Assembly: GCA_035564175.1 (NCBI GenBank) | Contig: DATMUM010000088.1 | Span: 53,529 to 117,528, forward strand | Source: Mobilitalea sp. | GTDB taxonomy: Bacteria; Bacillota; Clostridia; Lachnospirales; Lachnospiraceae | DNA: 64,000 nt | Direction: 5' to 3' | In this document: positions 22,223 to 31,604 of the stretch, piece by piece | Layout of the letters: every line of letters begins with the position of its first letter | Numbering within the stretch: the first letter of the stretch is position 1 | Made by a program: the position numbers and the translations under genes | The notes under the pieces: model-generated | What the model saw: the letters and a program-made list of their open reading frames with translations, nothing else | Databases searched by the model: none | Told to the model about the DNA's origin: nothing

Positions 22223-23071
22223 ATGGAACGTTATGAAGAAATAGAAAGAAGTATTATTACAAAATATAGGAAGCCTTTATGGAAGAAATTTATCAATGGT
22301 GTAAATGATTATAAATTAATCCAGGAAGGTGATAAGATTGCTGTATGCATCTCCGGCGGCAAGGATTCTATGCTGCTTGCCAAGCTGATGCAGGAGGTAC
22401 AACGACACGGAAAGATGAAGTTTGAACTGGTGTTTTTAGTAATGGATCCGGGTTATAATGAGATTAACCGACAGACTATTATTAATAATGCCAAGCTTCT
22501 TAATATACCAATTACCATATTTGATACTCAGATTTATGATATTGTAGCAGGAGTGGATGAATCCCCTTGTTATCTTTGTGCCAGAATGCGAAGGGGTTAC
22601 CTCTATAAGCAGGCACAGGCTCTGGGCTGCAACAAGATTGCCTTGGGGCACCATTTTGATGATGTGATTGAAACAATTCTCATGGGAATGTTATACGGCG
22701 GTCAGATACAGACGATGATGCCGAAGCTTCATAGCACGAACCACCCGGGAATGCAGCTGATCCGGCCGATGTATCTGGTAAAAGAGGCGGATATCTTAGC
22801 CTGGAAGCAGTATAATGATCTGCAGTTTATTCAGTGCGCCTGCCGACTGACAGAGAACTGTACCCTCTGTGATAACGGAGGCGGTGGTTCCAAGCGTCAG
22901 GAAATGAAGGCTTTGATTAAAAAATTCCGTCAGACCAATCCAAGCATTGATGCAAATATTTTCCGCAGTGTGCATGATGTCAACCTGACCACGATTATCG
23001 GTTATCATGATAAGGAAAAAAGCTATAATTTCTTAGATGATTATGATCAGAAGGGAGCGACGGTATGTTAA
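22223..23071 (+). CDS. ttcA: tRNA 2-thiocytidine biosynthesis protein TtcA
   Basis: SGGKDS PP-loop, PCYLCARMRRG, KIALGHHFDD, LIRP. Confidence 0.88.
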   Translation: MERYEEIERSIITKYRKPLWKKFINGVNDYKLIQEGDKIAVCISGGKDSMLLAKLMQEVQRHGKMKFELVFLVMDPGYNEINRQTIINNAKLLNIPITIFDTQIYDIVAGVDESPCYLCARMRRGYLYKQAQALGCNKIALGHHFDDVIETILMGMLYGGQIQTMMPKLHSTNHPGMQLIRPMYLVKEADILAWKQYNDLQFIQCACRLTENCTLCDNGGGGSKRQEMKALIKKFRQTNPSIDANIFRSVHDVNLTTIIGYHDKEKSYNFLDDYDQKGATVC

Positions 23072-23823
23072 ACCAGTTTTCAAGAACGGAGCTCATGTTC
23101 GGTAAGGATGGCATGGAAAAGTTAAAGAATGCCAGGGTTGCCGTATTTGGTATCGGCGGAGTCGGCGGCTATACTGTGGAAGCGTTAGCTAGAAGTGGTG
23201 TGGGAAGTCTGGATTTGATTGATGATGATAAGGTTTGCTTAACTAACATCAACCGTCAGATTATTGCTACGCGAAAAACCGTAGGTAAATTCAAAGTTGA
23301 TGTGATGAAGGAGCGGGTGCTGGAGATTAATCCAGATGTAATCGTAACAACTCATCAATGCTTTTATTCAGCAGAAACTGCTGACCAATTTGATTTTTCA
23401 CAATATGATTATATCGTGGATGCCATTGATACGGTGTCTGCAAAGATAGAAATGGTTCTCCGTGCTCAGGCAAAGAATGTCCCGATCATCAGCTGCATGG
23501 GTGCTGGCAATAAATTAGATCCAACGAGATTCGAAGTGACGGATATCTATAAAACCTCCGTCTGTCCTCTTGCTAAGGTTATGAGAAAGGAATTGAAGGT
23601 TCGAGGTGTTAAGAAATTAAAGGTATTGTACTCACAGGAATTGCCGCATAAGCCACTGGAAGATATGGCTATCAGCTGCAAGACTAATTGTATCTGTCCT
23701 CCGGGTGCCATAAGAAAATGTACCGCAAGACGCCAGATACCCGGAAGTAATGCATTTGTTCCTTCCGTTGCCGGTTTAATCATAGCTGGTGAGGTCATTA
23801 AGGACCTGAGTGGGGTAAGATAA
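23065..23823 (+). CDS. tcdA: tRNA threonylcarbamoyladenosine dehydratase
   Basis: GIGGVGG..VEALARSGVG, TNINRQ, VDAID, MGAGNKLDP, CPLAKVMRKELK. Confidence 0.92.
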   Translation: MLNQFSRTELMFGKDGMEKLKNARVAVFGIGGVGGYTVEALARSGVGSLDLIDDDKVCLTNINRQIIATRKTVGKFKVDVMKERVLEINPDVIVTTHQCFYSAETADQFDFSQYDYIVDAIDTVSAKIEMVLRAQAKNVPIISCMGAGNKLDPTRFEVTDIYKTSVCPLAKVMRKELKVRGVKKLKVLYSQELPHKPLEDMAISCKTNCICPPGAIRKCTARRQIPGSNAFVPSVAGLIIAGEVIKDLSGVR

Positions 23824-24007
23824 CTGAAGGTGAATTAATAAAATAAAAAAGTACTTGGGTTTTTGCGAAGGATTTCATATAACTCGTAAAAGCCCACAAA
23901 TTTTATTGAACGCTTGTGTTATCCTGTGGATTGTTGTATATTATGAAAATAAAACATATATGCTTACTACAGTAAACGCTGATTGAGGTTTGTGTGAATT
24001 AAAACAA

Positions 24008-24139
24008 TTCACTGCTGCCGGCTGTTCCAGGGAGGTTATCGAGAACGGTGCCAGTATGCTTGGCTGGGAACTGGATGATTTATTGCAAAGGACGATATTA
24101 GCCCTCAGAGAAGTGGAGCAGACGACCGGGTTGGTATGA
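24008..24139 (+). pseudogene. C-terminal remnant of an HD-superfamily hydrolase
   Basis: FTAAGCSREVIENGASMLGWELDDLLQRTILALR* recalls the C-terminus of clostridial HD hydrolases; no start codon upstream. Confidence 0.6.
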
Positions 24140-24172
24140 CGGTTGTCATAAAGGACGGAAGAAGGTAGACAA

Positions 24173-24447
24173 ATGGTCGGATTAGGTACGTTGGTAAATA
24201 TAGCGGCAATTATTATGGGTTCCTTCATTGGAATAATCATTAAGGGTGGACTGAAAAAGAGATTTCAAAACTGGTAGAGCCATTTTTAAGTGACAGGCTG
24301 ATAACCAATATATCCTTTATTGGTTCCATTCTTATCTTTGGAATTGGTATCAACATGGTATTCGGAAAGAAAATTAAATGCGGAAATATTCTACCGGCAG
24401 TATTCATACCGGTTGTTTATGAGATTATTTTAAAGCAATTCAAATAA
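24173..24447 (+). pseudogene. DUF554 membrane protein gene with large internal deletion
   Basis: MVGLGTLVNIAAIIMGSFIGIIIKGGLKKRFQ (DUF554 N-terminus) joined out of frame to NISFIGSILIFGIGINMVFGKKIKCGNILPAVFIP (DUF554 C-terminus). Confidence 0.75.
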
Positions 24448-24469
24448 ATGGAATATGGAATGAAAGACA

Positions 24470-24497
24470 GGGGCTTCCAATCATGGAAGCCCTTTTT
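24470..24497 (+). terminator. Intrinsic terminator
   Basis: GGGCTTCCA-ATCA-TGGAAGCCC-TTTTT. Confidence 0.85.
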
Positions 24498-24631
24498 GTG
24501 CCGATTTTTGTAGCATTACGCGTACGGTTTTTAGAAATAGAGATGTAAATATATTCCAATTTGTATTGACACTTTTCTCCTTGATTTTATAATAGATGTT
24601 AAATATTGTAAATTATTGTGAGGCAGGAGAA

Positions 24632-24835
24632 ATGAATGCATTTTTGAAGCGGTTTTTATCTATTTTTAAAATTATATTTATTAGTGTGGTAATTATTTTT
24701 ACTATATTAACCGGCACCTTATCCACATCCGTACAAAACCGGCAGCAATGCTTTGATCTTAGGTCTTCCTCCATTATTTCCACCGGTATCAGCGCCTCCT
24801 TCTGCCTTGGAATATATAGTAGAAAAAAAGAATAA
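24632..24835 (+). CDS. Small hypothetical membrane protein (67 aa)
   Basis: TTGACA-N16-TATAAT promoter (24566-24593), RBS AGGAG, hydrophobic N-terminal helix. Confidence 0.45.
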   Translation: MNAFLKRFLSIFKIIFISVVIIFTILTGTLSTSVQNRQQCFDLRSSSIISTGISASFCLGIYSRKKE

Positions 24836-24843
24836 AGATGTTG

Positions 24844-24872
24844 TTGACAATACAAGTATAATTGTATACAAT
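24844..24872 (+). promoter_or_regulatory. SigA promoter with GntR-type palindrome over the -10
   Basis: TTGACA-N17-TACAAT; ATTGTATACAAT palindrome 24861-24872. Confidence 0.7.
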
Positions 24873-24914
24873 AAAACAAATTTTATTATTTGAAAGAAAT
24901 GGAGAGCGATACAT

Positions 24915-26318
24915 ATGGATGAGAGAAAAGTCTTTATCAACCCGCATAACAATTTACTACAGCTGGAGGAGCCAATCTATACGCTCGTAGATGTTGACCA
25001 AGCGAATACTTTCCGTAATCTTTTCCCTTACAGTGAAGTACCTAAGATTGCATTCAATGACAGAATTGTTCCACACAATTTACCCGATGAGATTTTTATT
25101 ACCGATACAACCTTCCGTGACGGTCAGCAGTCAAGGGCTCCGTATACAACGGAACAGATTGTAACGATGTATGATTATTTCCATCGTCTGGGTGGTCCGA
25201 AGGGCTTAATTCGTCAGAGCGAATTCTTTTTATATAGCAAAAAAGACCGTGACGCAGTATATAAATGTATGGAGAGAGGTTATGAGTTCCCTGAGGTTAC
25301 CTCCTGGATCAGAGCAAGCAAGAAGGATTTTGAGTTAGTTAAGGAAATTGGTATGAAGGAGACGGGTATCCTTGTAAGCTGCTCCGACTATCACATCTTC
25401 TATAAGATGAAGATGACCAGAAAAGAAGCAATGAATCATTACTTAAGCATAGTCAGGGAATGTCTTGAAACCGGTATTGCAGCAAGATGTCATCTTGAGG
25501 ATATTACACGTTCCGATATCCATGGATTTGTTATTCCCTTCTGCAGTGAGTTAATGAAGCTGAGTAAGGAATATAATATACCGGTTAAGATCAGAGCCTG
25601 CGATACTATGGGTTATGGTGTTAACTTCTCCGGTGCTGTTATTCCGAGATCCGTACAGGGTATTATCTATGGTATCATGAACCATGCCGGAGTTCCTTCC
25701 AAATGGTTAGAGTGGCATGGACATAATGACTTTTATAAAGCTGTTTCAAACTCAACAACAGCTTGGTTATATGGTGCAAGTGCAGTGAACTGTTCCTTAT
25801 TCGGTATCGGCGAGAGAACCGGTAATACACCACTTGAAGCGATGGTATTTGAATATGCTCAGTTGAAGGGGACCTTGGATGGTATGGAAACCACGGTGAT
25901 TACAGAGCTTGCTGAATACTTTGAGAAGGAAATCGGTTACCGGGTACCTTCCAGAACACCCTTTGTCGGTAAGAATTTCAATGTTACCCGCGCAGGTATC
26001 CATGCAGACGGTTTATTAAAGAACGAAGAGATTTATAATATTTTTGATACGGAGAAATTCCTGAACCGTCCGGTTCTTGTAGCTGTATCCAATACCTCCG
26101 GCCTTGCAGGCATCGCTCACTGGATCAATACCTTCTTTAAACTAAAGAATGATATAGCTGTAGACAAATCCAATCCGATTGTTGCCAAGGTTAAGGTTTG
26201 GGTAGATGAGGAATATGAGACGGGACGTGTTACCGTAATTACGGATGATGAGCTGTTAAGAGTTATCCATAAATCTGAAACAGAACTTGGGATCAGTCTG
26301 GTAAAGAATACACTTTAG
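24915..26318 (+). CDS. Re-citrate synthase (DRE-TIM family; often annotated 2-isopropylmalate synthase)
   Basis: ITDTTFRDGQQ, RCHLEDITR, EWHGHND, GIGERTGN, TRAGIHADG; adjacent isocitrate dehydrogenase; no LeuA regulatory domain. Confidence 0.85.
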   Translation: MDERKVFINPHNNLLQLEEPIYTLVDVDQANTFRNLFPYSEVPKIAFNDRIVPHNLPDEIFITDTTFRDGQQSRAPYTTEQIVTMYDYFHRLGGPKGLIRQSEFFLYSKKDRDAVYKCMERGYEFPEVTSWIRASKKDFELVKEIGMKETGILVSCSDYHIFYKMKMTRKEAMNHYLSIVRECLETGIAARCHLEDITRSDIHGFVIPFCSELMKLSKEYNIPVKIRACDTMGYGVNFSGAVIPRSVQGIIYGIMNHAGVPSKWLEWHGHNDFYKAVSNSTTAWLYGASAVNCSLFGIGERTGNTPLEAMVFEYAQLKGTLDGMETTVITELAEYFEKEIGYRVPSRTPFVGKNFNVTRAGIHADGLLKNEEIYNIFDTEKFLNRPVLVAVSNTSGLAGIAHWINTFFKLKNDIAVDKSNPIVAKVKVWVDEEYETGRVTVITDDELLRVIHKSETELGISLVKNTL

Positions 26319-26320
26319 AA

Positions 26321-26374
26321 TTGACAACCCATGCCTTACCGAATACAATTGTATTTGGTAATGGCATGGTTTGA
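26321..26374 (+). promoter_or_regulatory. Internal promoter of icd embedded in a long inverted repeat
   Basis: TTGACA (26321)-N17-TACAAT (26344); CCATGCC-TTACC-GAATACAATTGTATTT-GGTAA-TGGCATGG dyad. Confidence 0.6.
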
Positions 26375-26411
26375 CTATGTTATAAATAAATTGAAAGGCA
26401 CGGTACTAAAA

Positions 26412-27581
26412 ATGATTTCTGCAGAGAAAATTGAAGCGGCGAAAGAAAGATTTGGACAATTATTGGAGAGTCAGCTAAAAAGAGTAGAAGATATGAAAGC
26501 ACAGGGCGATTTCGTTAACTACAAAGCTCTGGATAAGATAATTATTGGTGTATGCGGCGGTGACGGTATCGGACCGGCTATCACTTCCCAGTCACAAAGA
26601 ATCCTGGAATACCTGTTAAAGGATGACATCAATGCAGGTAAAGTAGAATTCCATGTAATTGATGGTTTAACCATAGAAAGAAGAGCGGCTGAGAATACAG
26701 CTATTCCTCCCGTAGTTTTAGATGAAATCAAGAAATGCCATGTCATCTTAAAAGGACCCACTACAACACCCAGAAAAGGTGATCCGTGGCCGAATGTGGA
26801 AAGTGCTAACGTAGCCATGAGAAAGGAGCTTGACCTGTTTGCCAACGTAAGACCGGTTCGTATTCCGGAGCAGGGTATTGACTGGACCTTCTATCGTGAG
26901 AATACCGAAGGCGCTTACGCAGTAGGCAGCAAGGGCATCCATGTTACAGAGGATCTTGGTGTAGACTTTACAATTGCTACAACTCAAGGTACGGAGAGAA
27001 TTATCAGGGCAGCTTTTGAATTTGCAAAAGCTAACGGCAAGACCAGAGTAACGGCTGTAACAAAGGCTAATATTATAAAGACGACCGATGGTAAATTCCT
27101 TGATATCTTTAAGGAAATCGCCAAGGATTATCCGGGCATCACCTCTGATGACTGGTATATTGACATTATGACGGCCAAGCTTGTTGATGAGAAGAGAAGA
27201 AAGGACTTCCAGGTTGTTGTTCTTCCGAATCTCTACGGTGACATCATTACCGATGAAGCTGCCGAATTCCAGGGCGGTGTCGGTACTGCCGGCAGTGCCA
27301 ATATCGGTAAGAAATATGCGATGTTTGAAGCCATTCATGGTTCCGCTCCCCGTATGGTTCAGGAAGGCAGAGACATCTATGCAGATCCTTGCAGCATGAT
27401 CCGTGCAGGCGCAATGCTGCTTGCTCATATCGGTTATACCCAGGAGGCGGATAAGCTTTACCGTGCCCTTGATATCTGTACCGTAACCGAGAAAAAGGTT
27501 GTAACCACCGGCAGAGATACCGGAGCAACCGGAGCTAAATTTGCTGACTATTTGATGGGAACTATCGAGAAGATGAAATAG
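26412..27581 (+). CDS. icd: Isocitrate/isopropylmalate dehydrogenase family protein, likely isocitrate dehydrogenase
   Basis: GDGIGP, LKGPTTTP, SANVAMRKELDLFANVRP, RENTEG, NLYGDIITD, FEAIHGSAP; RBS GAAAGG before ATG 26412. Confidence 0.85.
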   Translation: MISAEKIEAAKERFGQLLESQLKRVEDMKAQGDFVNYKALDKIIIGVCGGDGIGPAITSQSQRILEYLLKDDINAGKVEFHVIDGLTIERRAAENTAIPPVVLDEIKKCHVILKGPTTTPRKGDPWPNVESANVAMRKELDLFANVRPVRIPEQGIDWTFYRENTEGAYAVGSKGIHVTEDLGVDFTIATTQGTERIIRAAFEFAKANGKTRVTAVTKANIIKTTDGKFLDIFKEIAKDYPGITSDDWYIDIMTAKLVDEKRRKDFQVVVLPNLYGDIITDEAAEFQGGVGTAGSANIGKKYAMFEAIHGSAPRMVQEGRDIYADPCSMIRAGAMLLAHIGYTQEADKLYRALDICTVTEKKVVTTGRDTGATGAKFADYLMGTIEKMK

Positions 27582-27651
27582 TACTTTTGATGCCAAATAT
27601 ATCATAAATCTAGGGATCTTAATCCTGTGATAGATTTGAGGAGGTAATTCC

Positions 27652-28320
27652 TTGGAAGATTTTAATCTTCAGAAAGAAGGAACAGATAAATATTCCTTAA
27701 GAGGAAAAGTGTTCTATAAGCTTAGGGAAGACATCTTAGCCGGACGATATCAAGAAAATGAAGAGCTGAAAGAGAATACGATTGGTCTTGAACTTGGAGT
27801 CAGCCGTACTCCGGTAAGGGAAGCGCTTAGGCAGCTGGAGCTGGAAGGACTGGTTACCATGATCCCGAACAAAGGGGCATATGTTACCGGTATTACTTCG
27901 AAGGATATCCATGATATTTATATGATTCGCTCTTATCTGGAAGGCTTATGTGCAAAATTGGCTTGTGAACATATCACAGAAGCGCAGATCGAGGCCCTGG
28001 ATGAGGTATTATATTTATCAGATTTCCATGCGAGACGCAGCCACTATGAACAGTTGGTAGAGCTTGATAATAAGTTCCATGATCTGATTTATAAAGCCTC
28101 CGGTAGTAAGATCTTAAATCATGTATTATCGGATTTCCATCATTATGTGGAACGAGTACGTAAGATTACGCTGGCAGCCCCTGCAAGAGCCTCCAAATCC
28201 AGTCAGGAGCATGCAGCCATTCTGGATGCTATACGTAAACGTGACGGCGAGCTGGCGGAGGCCTTAGCTCATGAACATATAATGAACACAATTAAAAATA
28301 TCAGTGAACAAGGTTTATAA
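27652..28320 (+). CDS. GntR/FadR-family regulator (FCD domain)
   Basis: LGVSRTPVREALRQLELEGLV wHTH; DNKFH, EHAAIL, HEHI. Confidence 0.93.
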   Translation: MEDFNLQKEGTDKYSLRGKVFYKLREDILAGRYQENEELKENTIGLELGVSRTPVREALRQLELEGLVTMIPNKGAYVTGITSKDIHDIYMIRSYLEGLCAKLACEHITEAQIEALDEVLYLSDFHARRSHYEQLVELDNKFHDLIYKASGSKILNHVLSDFHHYVERVRKITLAAPARASKSSQEHAAILDAIRKRDGELAEALAHEHIMNTIKNISEQGL

Positions 28321-28328
28321 ATAAAATC

Positions 28329-28378
28329 GCCTTAGAATTCATCGGAAACGTAATAAACCATGAATTCTAAGGCTTTTT
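28329..28378 (+). terminator. Terminator of citrate operon
   Basis: GCCTTAGAATTCAT...ATGAATTCTAAGGC-TTTTT. Confidence 0.85.
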
Positions 28379-28504
28379 ATTGGGCGCTGTCTACTTCAGA
28401 ATATTTGGGTGCTATCTACTTCACAATTTGGTAAAGTTTTCATACATAAATTTAATTCATTGGGAAAAAATATAAGTAAAACAAGATAAAAGGAGACAAT
28501 TACT

Positions 28505-28870
28505 TTGAGACATATATCAGCCCTTATAGTTAAATTTATTATGACTGCAATCATATTGGAAATAGCTTTACTTTTATTAAGCCGTTTATCCTTTGGCAAT
28601 ATTTTGTGGGTATCCCTGGTAGTTACAGCAATTTCCTATCTCATTGGAGATATGGTTATTTTGCCGGCAATCAATAATCTGGTTGCTACATTAGCAGATA
28701 TGGTCATATCCTTCGTGGTGATTTATATGTTCAATTTTTTCTGGAATACGAACGATATTCCTTTCCTAAGTGCCTTAGTTGCAGGTGTTGCACTTGGAGC
28801 AGGAGAGTTCTTCTTCCATAAACTGATTGACAGAAAAATTAATGATGATGATTTCGATGCGCTAACTTGA
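28505..28870 (+). CDS. YndM/DUF2512 family membrane protein
   Basis: MRHISALIVKF, SYLIGD..ILP...N..AT.AD, GEFFFH pattern. Confidence 0.8.
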   Translation: MRHISALIVKFIMTAIILEIALLLLSRLSFGNILWVSLVVTAISYLIGDMVILPAINNLVATLADMVISFVVIYMFNFFWNTNDIPFLSALVAGVALGAGEFFFHKLIDRKINDDDFDALT

Positions 28871-28873
28871 TTG

Positions 28874-28943
28874 AAAAGGCAGTTGTAAACGTCAGACATA
28901 ACTATCCGGATTGGATTGTTTCTGAATTTATAACTGCCTTTTT
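28874..28943. terminator. Bidirectional long hairpin terminator
   Basis: AAAAGGCAGTTGTAAA...TTTATAACTGCCTTTTT. Confidence 0.75.
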
Positions 28944-28965
28944 ATTACAACAAGACTTTTTACAC

Positions 28966-30948
28966 TTATTCGTCAGCCGCTAATTGCTCCCATAATTCCA
29001 TAAGCTCCAGTAAGTGGTCTTCAAGTGCCTTCTTCTCATTGTTTAATTCAATTAATTTCTGAACATTGGTAAATATCTCTTCCTTCGTCAGCAGGGTGTC
29101 TATCTCATCATTTCTCGTTTCTAACTGATGGATCTCATCCTCGGTCTTCTTCAGATCATTCTTTCTCTTACGAGCGCGTGCCTGTTCTTCTTTTTGCTGC
29201 TGCCAGCTCTGTTTGTTCTCACTTTCTGTTTCGGAAACAGATGAGCCGGAGCCGGACTGGAAAGCGGCTGTTGGGAAGGCACCAGGCTTACCTGAGTTAG
29301 CTGCTGCAGGTTGGTTTACCGTTTTTCCTAAGAAGGCTGCTTCAACCTCTGGCTTTTTCTCCAGGTAATAATCATAATTACCAATATAATTTAGCAAAGT
29401 CTGTTCTGTCAGATCCAGAATGCGTGTTGCTGTTTTATTAATAAAATAACGGTCATGGGATACATACAGCACCGTTCCGCTGTAGTGGTTGATGGCATTC
29501 TCCAGGATTTCCTTCGAGGTGATATCCAGGTGGTTGGTGGGCTCGTCGAGGATCAGCAGGTTTGCTTCCGAGAGCATCAGCTTTGCCAGGGACACACGTC
29601 CTCGTTCACCGCCACTGATGTCCTTAATCCGTTTAAAGACATCATCCTCGGTAAAGAGGAAGGCGGCCAGGATATTACGGATGGTCGTATTATCAAGATG
29701 AGGATAAGCATCCTGTAATTCGTCAAATAAGGTTTTCTCCGGATCCAGCACCTGATGCTCCTGATCGTAATAGCCAACATGCACCTTGGAGCCAAGCTTG
29801 ATCTCGCCGCCATCTGCATCCACTTGTCCGTTGATGATCTTTAGTATCGTAGTTTTACCGGTGCCGTTATTTCCGATGATGGCTACTTTTTCACCACGCT
29901 TGATATCAAAATTCAGATCACGGAACAAAGTAAGGTGGTCATAGGATTTTGCCAGACCTGTTATAGTCAGGACGTCATTGCCGCTCATGATGCGTGGCTC
30001 GAGATGAAAATGCATTTCCGTATGTTCAACCGGACGCTCCACACGTTCTATTTTCTCCAGCATCTTCTCACGGCTCTCGGCACGTTTGATGGATTTCTCA
30101 CGGTTGAAGGAGCGAAGCTTGGAGATAACCTCCTCCTGATGCTTGATTTCCTGCTGCTGGTTCAGATACTGCTTCAGCATGGCATTCTGCAGCATCGATT
30201 TCTTCTGGGCATAATCAGAATAATTTCCTTCAAAGGTCTGGCACTTGGTATTATCCAGTTCAGCAACCTTAGATACAACCTTATCCAGAAAATAACGGTC
30301 ATGGGCTACAACAATCACAGCCCCATTATAATTCAATAAGAAAGTTTCCAGCCAGGCGATTGATATCAAGTCCAAATGGTTGGTGGGCTCGTCCAATAAG
30401 ATGATATCCGGTTTGGAGAGTAATAATTTACCCAGGGCAATACGAGTCTTCTGTCCGCCGGATAAGGTATTCACCTTCTTGTCAAAGTCTTCTTCAGAAA
30501 AGCCAAGACCCTTTAATATGCCGATTACTTCACTCTGATAGGCATAACCGTTTTTTATCTCAAATTCATGGGTAAGGCGGGTATAGGTACTGAGCATCTG
30601 ATTTAGCTTGTCACCTTGTGCGTGCTTCATATCCCGTTCCAAGGCTCTGATATTGGCATCCAGATCGATGATATCCTGCTTCACGGTAAGCATTTCTTCA
30701 TGGATAGTGTGTTCAGAGGAAAGGTTCTGATGCTGGGCAAGATAACCGATAGTGCTTCCTTTAGCAAGGATGACTTCACCTTCATCAGCCACCATTTCCT
30801 TCATGATTATTTTTAATAAAGTTGATTTGCCAGCACCATTGATACCCACGATTGCAGCTTTTTCTTTCTCATTGACGTGGAAGGAAACTGCCTTCAGGAT
30901 CTGATTCGTACCAAAAGCTTTACTAATATTCTTACATGCAAGTATCAT
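28966..30948 (-). CDS. ABC-F family ATP-binding protein (YdiF-like)
   Basis: Two NBDs (GINGAGKST, GNNGTGKTT; LDEPTNHLD twice), no TM, C-terminal coiled coil; divergent from rex region. Confidence 0.93.
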   Translation of the reverse strand: MILACKNISKAFGTNQILKAVSFHVNEKEKAAIVGINGAGKSTLLKIIMKEMVADEGEVILAKGSTIGYLAQHQNLSSEHTIHEEMLTVKQDIIDLDANIRALERDMKHAQGDKLNQMLSTYTRLTHEFEIKNGYAYQSEVIGILKGLGFSEEDFDKKVNTLSGGQKTRIALGKLLLSKPDIILLDEPTNHLDLISIAWLETFLLNYNGAVIVVAHDRYFLDKVVSKVAELDNTKCQTFEGNYSDYAQKKSMLQNAMLKQYLNQQQEIKHQEEVISKLRSFNREKSIKRAESREKMLEKIERVERPVEHTEMHFHLEPRIMSGNDVLTITGLAKSYDHLTLFRDLNFDIKRGEKVAIIGNNGTGKTTILKIINGQVDADGGEIKLGSKVHVGYYDQEHQVLDPEKTLFDELQDAYPHLDNTTIRNILAAFLFTEDDVFKRIKDISGGERGRVSLAKLMLSEANLLILDEPTNHLDITSKEILENAINHYSGTVLYVSHDRYFINKTATRILDLTEQTLLNYIGNYDYYLEKKPEVEAAFLGKTVNQPAAANSGKPGAFPTAAFQSGSGSSVSETESENKQSWQQQKEEQARARKRKNDLKKTEDEIHQLETRNDEIDTLLTKEEIFTNVQKLIELNNEKKALEDHLLELMELWEQLAADE

Positions 30949-31160
30949 TGATTTATCCCTCATTTATTGCGGTAAGTGAATTCACAGTAACTGACCGGTA
31001 CCAGCTTAAGGAATTACCCGCATTTACTTTATTCTTCTATGTAACAACTGCAGTATATTTTATCATAGGAAATCGAACAAGTAAAGAAAGGGATGCAGGA
31101 ATAGCTCATTTTTATAAGAGAGGATGGATTATTAGGATGATAAAAAGGGGATAATATGAC

Positions 31161-31213
31161 TTGACAAATATGGTCGGTAGTTATAGACTGGAATTAGGTT
31201 GGTAGTTATAGAC
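31161..31213 (+). promoter_or_regulatory. blaI-like promoter with duplicated operator
   Basis: TTGACA-N17-TAGACT; GGTYGGTAGTTATAGAC repeated at 31172-31188 and 31197-31213. Confidence 0.75.
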
Positions 31214-31233
31214 CAAAGTGAGGAGGAATTGCA

Positions 31234-31593
31234 ATGGATAATCTGAAGCTCTGTGACAGTGATTATCGATTTATGCTGATTGTATGGGAGAATGCTCCTG
31301 TCGGCTCAGGACATCTGGTAGAATTATGCTTAGAGAAGCTTGGATGGAAAAAGTCCACTACTTATACAACGATTAAGAAGTTATGTGAGAAAGGATTTAT
31401 TATGAATGAGAATGCTGTTGTAACAGTGCTGATACCTAAGGAAGCTGTTCAGGCAGTGGAGACGGATTATTTTATGGAGCGCACCTTCGAGGGATCCCTG
31501 CCGCAATTTATCGCTGCTTTTCTGGGCAGCAGGAAAATAAGCGATAAGGAAGCTGAGGAGATCAGACGGTTGATTGATTCACATAAGGAGTAG
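31234..31593 (+). CDS. BlaI/MecI/CopY-family repressor
   Basis: M.IVW...WKKSTTYTTIKKLCEKG, FEGSLPQFIAAF. Confidence 0.93.
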   Translation: MDNLKLCDSDYRFMLIVWENAPVGSGHLVELCLEKLGWKKSTTYTTIKKLCEKGFIMNENAVVTVLIPKEAVQAVETDYFMERTFEGSLPQFIAAFLGSRKISDKEAEEIRRLIDSHKE

Positions 31594-31604
31594 GGGGATA
31601 TGAT

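Noticed and set aside
24915-27581. leuA/leuB annotation
   Set aside because: Motifs (FRDGQQ, HLEDITR; SANV.MR), no leuCD and the GntR context favour Re-citrate synthase and isocitrate dehydrogenase
26748-27605. 285-aa antisense ORF
   Set aside because: Antisense shadow of the codon-biased icd gene; no RBS or domain
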